Shown: in pieces, positions 61,373 to 64,000 of the stretch
Layout: the number at the start of each line of letters is the position of its first letter
Numbering within the stretch: the stretch's first letter is position 1
Assembly: GCF_035084215.1 (NCBI RefSeq)
Contig: NC_090346.1
Location: 16,554,001 to 16,618,000, forward strand
DNA: 64,000 nucleotides
Direction: 5' to 3'
Source of the DNA: Heptranchias perlo
Lineage: Eukaryota
Position numbers and translations under genes: made by a program
Notes under the pieces: generated by a model
What the model was told of the DNA's origin: nothing
Database searches by the model: none
Seen by the model: only the letters and a program-made list of their open reading frames with translations

Positions 61373-62621
61373 ATATAATACTGCAAAACTCATTGCAGGA
61401 CGCTGTGGTTGTTTCGTTGATGTATGACCTCCTTTGATGAAAAATTCATGATTGTGATGTAGTTACAGGAAACTTCCCAACAGAATGAAAGTGGGTTACT
61501 GGGGAAAATATATCCAGACCAGCATGTTAGTTGGCTCAGGGTGTTTCCAATGTGTTAACGTGCTCTGTTTTAATGAAAGGAATTACCAAACGTTGTTCCC
61601 TCTGAATGCAAAGATAAAAGGTTCTCTTCTATTTTTAGATTTTTAAAGGGGCCAGGCGCAGGTAGGAAAAGCATTAAAGTAAGTGGAATTCTGGGTTTTA
61701 TAGAAAGAAAGAAGAAAGCACTTGCATTTATAAAGTGCCTTCCATGACCTCAGGACGTCCCAAAGCCAATGAAGTACTTTTGAAGTGCAAGGAAGTGATT
61801 AGTTTTGCTACCGTTGGACTATTGCATGGAGTCCCAGGCAGCACATTATAAGAATATTTGAGTCATGAAACAGGTACAGCAAAGATTTAATGGAATTATA
61901 CCAGGAATGAGAAGTTACAGTTGTGAATAAAGGCTTGAAAATATTGGCTTTTTTCACTGGAGTGGCAGAGGGTAAGAGTGAATCTAACGGAGGTTTTGAT
62001 CATTTCTGTAAGGTTATGAGAGTGAGCAGTGAAAGATTTCAACTGATTGACAATAGGTTAACAAGGGGGCATAAACTCAGCATTATTACTAAAGGAATGA
62101 AGGAGAAAGTTGGAAATGATTTTTTTTTCCCACTCAGGGTTATTAGTACATGGAATGTTTCACAAGCAGCTATTGAGGCAGATTATAGCATCATTTAAAA
62201 TACAATTGGTCAAGTATTTAAAAAGAGAGGATATGGGATAAGAGCAGGGGGATAGGATCAGAGTAAGCAGCTACTGCTGAGAAGCAATCACCAGCCCAGG
62301 TGGGATGGGCCAATCTCATTCCAGTTTGCTGCTAAAGGAGAAAGAAAATCTTGGGAGCATACTCTCTTTTTCAGAGTGTTAACATGCCGGCGTGTTTTTT
62401 TGTTGACAATTAGTGCCTTGCCAAAATATCTCATGGATAACTTCTTTTCCCGGGGTTGGGCAGGTGTGGGCCAGCTCCTCGGGCAGTTCGATTGCTGCGC
62501 TCCATTTGAGAGAATGGAGCCACTCTCGGGTGCAGGAGGTCTTTCCTTGTCCAGTGACTGGGAGCAGTACTGGAAGGGAAAATGAGGTATTGAATGTTGC
62601 TAAAGAAATGACTGTATGTGA

Positions 62622-64000
62622 AACATAGAAACATAGAAACATGGAAAATAGGAGCAGGAGTAGACCATTCAGCCCTTCGAGCCTGCTCCACCATTCAGTA
62701 TGATCATGGCTGATTCTCTATCTCAATACCATATTCTTGCTCTCTCCCCAAACCCCTTGATGCCTTCTATGTCTAGAGATCTATCTAGCTCCTTCTTAAA
62801 TACATTGTGACTTGGCCTCCACAGCCTTCTATGGTAGAGAATTCCACAGGTTCACCACCCTCTGAGTGAAGAAATTTCTCCTCATCTCAGTCCTAAATGA
62901 CCTACCCCGTATCCTGAGACTGTGACCCCCTCATTCTGGACCCCCCAGCCAGGGGAAACATCCTCCCTGCATCCAGTCTGTCTAGCCCTGTCAGAATTTT
63001 ATATGTTTCGATGAGATTCCCTCTCATTCTTCTAAACTCGAGTGAATACAGGCCTAGTCGACCCAATCTCTCCTCATACGACAGTCCTACCATCCCAGGA
63101 ATTAGTCTGGTGAACCTTCACAGCACTCCCTCTATGGCAAGTATATCCTTTCTTAGGTAAGGAGACCAAAACTGCACACAGTACTCCAGGTATGGTCTCA
63201 TCAAGGCCCTTTTATAACTGCAGGAAGACATCCTTGCTCCTGTACTCAAATCCTTTTGCAATGAAGGCCAACATACCATTTGCCTTACTAACTGCTAGCT
63301 GCACCTGCATGTTTGCTTTCAGTGACTGGTGTACAAGGACACCCAGGTCCCTCTGTACATCAACATTTCCCAATCTATCACCATTTAAATAATACTCTGA
63401 CTTTCTGTTTTTCCTTCCGAAGTGGATAACTTCACATTTATCCACATTATACTGCATCTGCCGTGTATTTTCCCACTCATTCAACTTGTCTAAATCGCCT
63501 TGAAACCTCTTTGCATCCCCCTCACAACTCACGATCCCACCTAGTTTTGTGTCTTCAGCAAACTTGGAAATACTACATTTGGTTCCCTCATCCAAATCAT
63601 TGATATATATTGTGAATAGCTGGGGCCCAAGCTCTGATCCCTGTGGTGCCCCACTAGTCACTGCCTGCCACCCTGAAAAAGACCCATTTATTCCTACTCT
63701 CTGTTTCCTGTCTGTTAACCAATTTTCAATCCATGCCAGTATATTACCACCAATTCCATGTGCTTTAATTTTGCACACTAACCTCTTATGTGGGACTTTA
63801 TCAAGGCCTTCTGAAAATCCAAATTAACCACATCCACTGCTTCTCCCTTATCTATTCTACCAGTTATATCCTCAAAAAACTCCAGTAGGTTTGTCAAACA
63901 TGATTTCCCTTTCATAAATCCGTGTTAGCTTTGTATAATCCAGTTGATATTTTCTAAGTGTCCTGTTATCACATCCTTTATAATAGACTCTAGCATTTTC
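62622..64000 (-). mobile_element. CR1 LINE RT region, continuing past the window end
   Basis: WLTDRKQRVGINGSFSGWQAVTSGAPQGS.LGP, FAEDTK (catalytic D altered), tail (aacataga)n at 62622. Confidence 0.9.

Overview
Eukaryotic vertebrate DNA, most likely a cartilaginous fish (inferred from the repeat families plus an intact ENaC gene). Two divergent genes are present. SCNN1G (ENaC gamma) is complete on the minus strand: 12 coding exons between 29240 and 11765, all GT-AG with consistent phases, summing to 1971 nt / 656 aa. USP31 is on the plus strand: CpG-rich promoter at ~36.4-37.1 kb, first coding exon 37480-38187, then an intron that runs past the window end. Candidate non-coding 5' exons of a further minus-strand gene (SCNN1B by synteny) lie near the window start. 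The rest is CR1 and L2 LINE fragments, DeuSINE-type and other SINEs, Penelope-like retroelements (PLEs) and many unrelated minisatellites packed into SCNN1G introns. The strongest unexplained structure is a family of hammerhead-ribozyme-like motifs (CUGANGA...GAAA) in PLE termini, including 110-230 bp fold-back mini-elements with 12-14 bp target-site duplications. There is also a perfect 31-bp hairpin inside a CR1 tail. Almost all other ORFs in the track are repeat artefacts. Repeat-family names rest on recognition, not database searches, and repeat boundaries are approximate.
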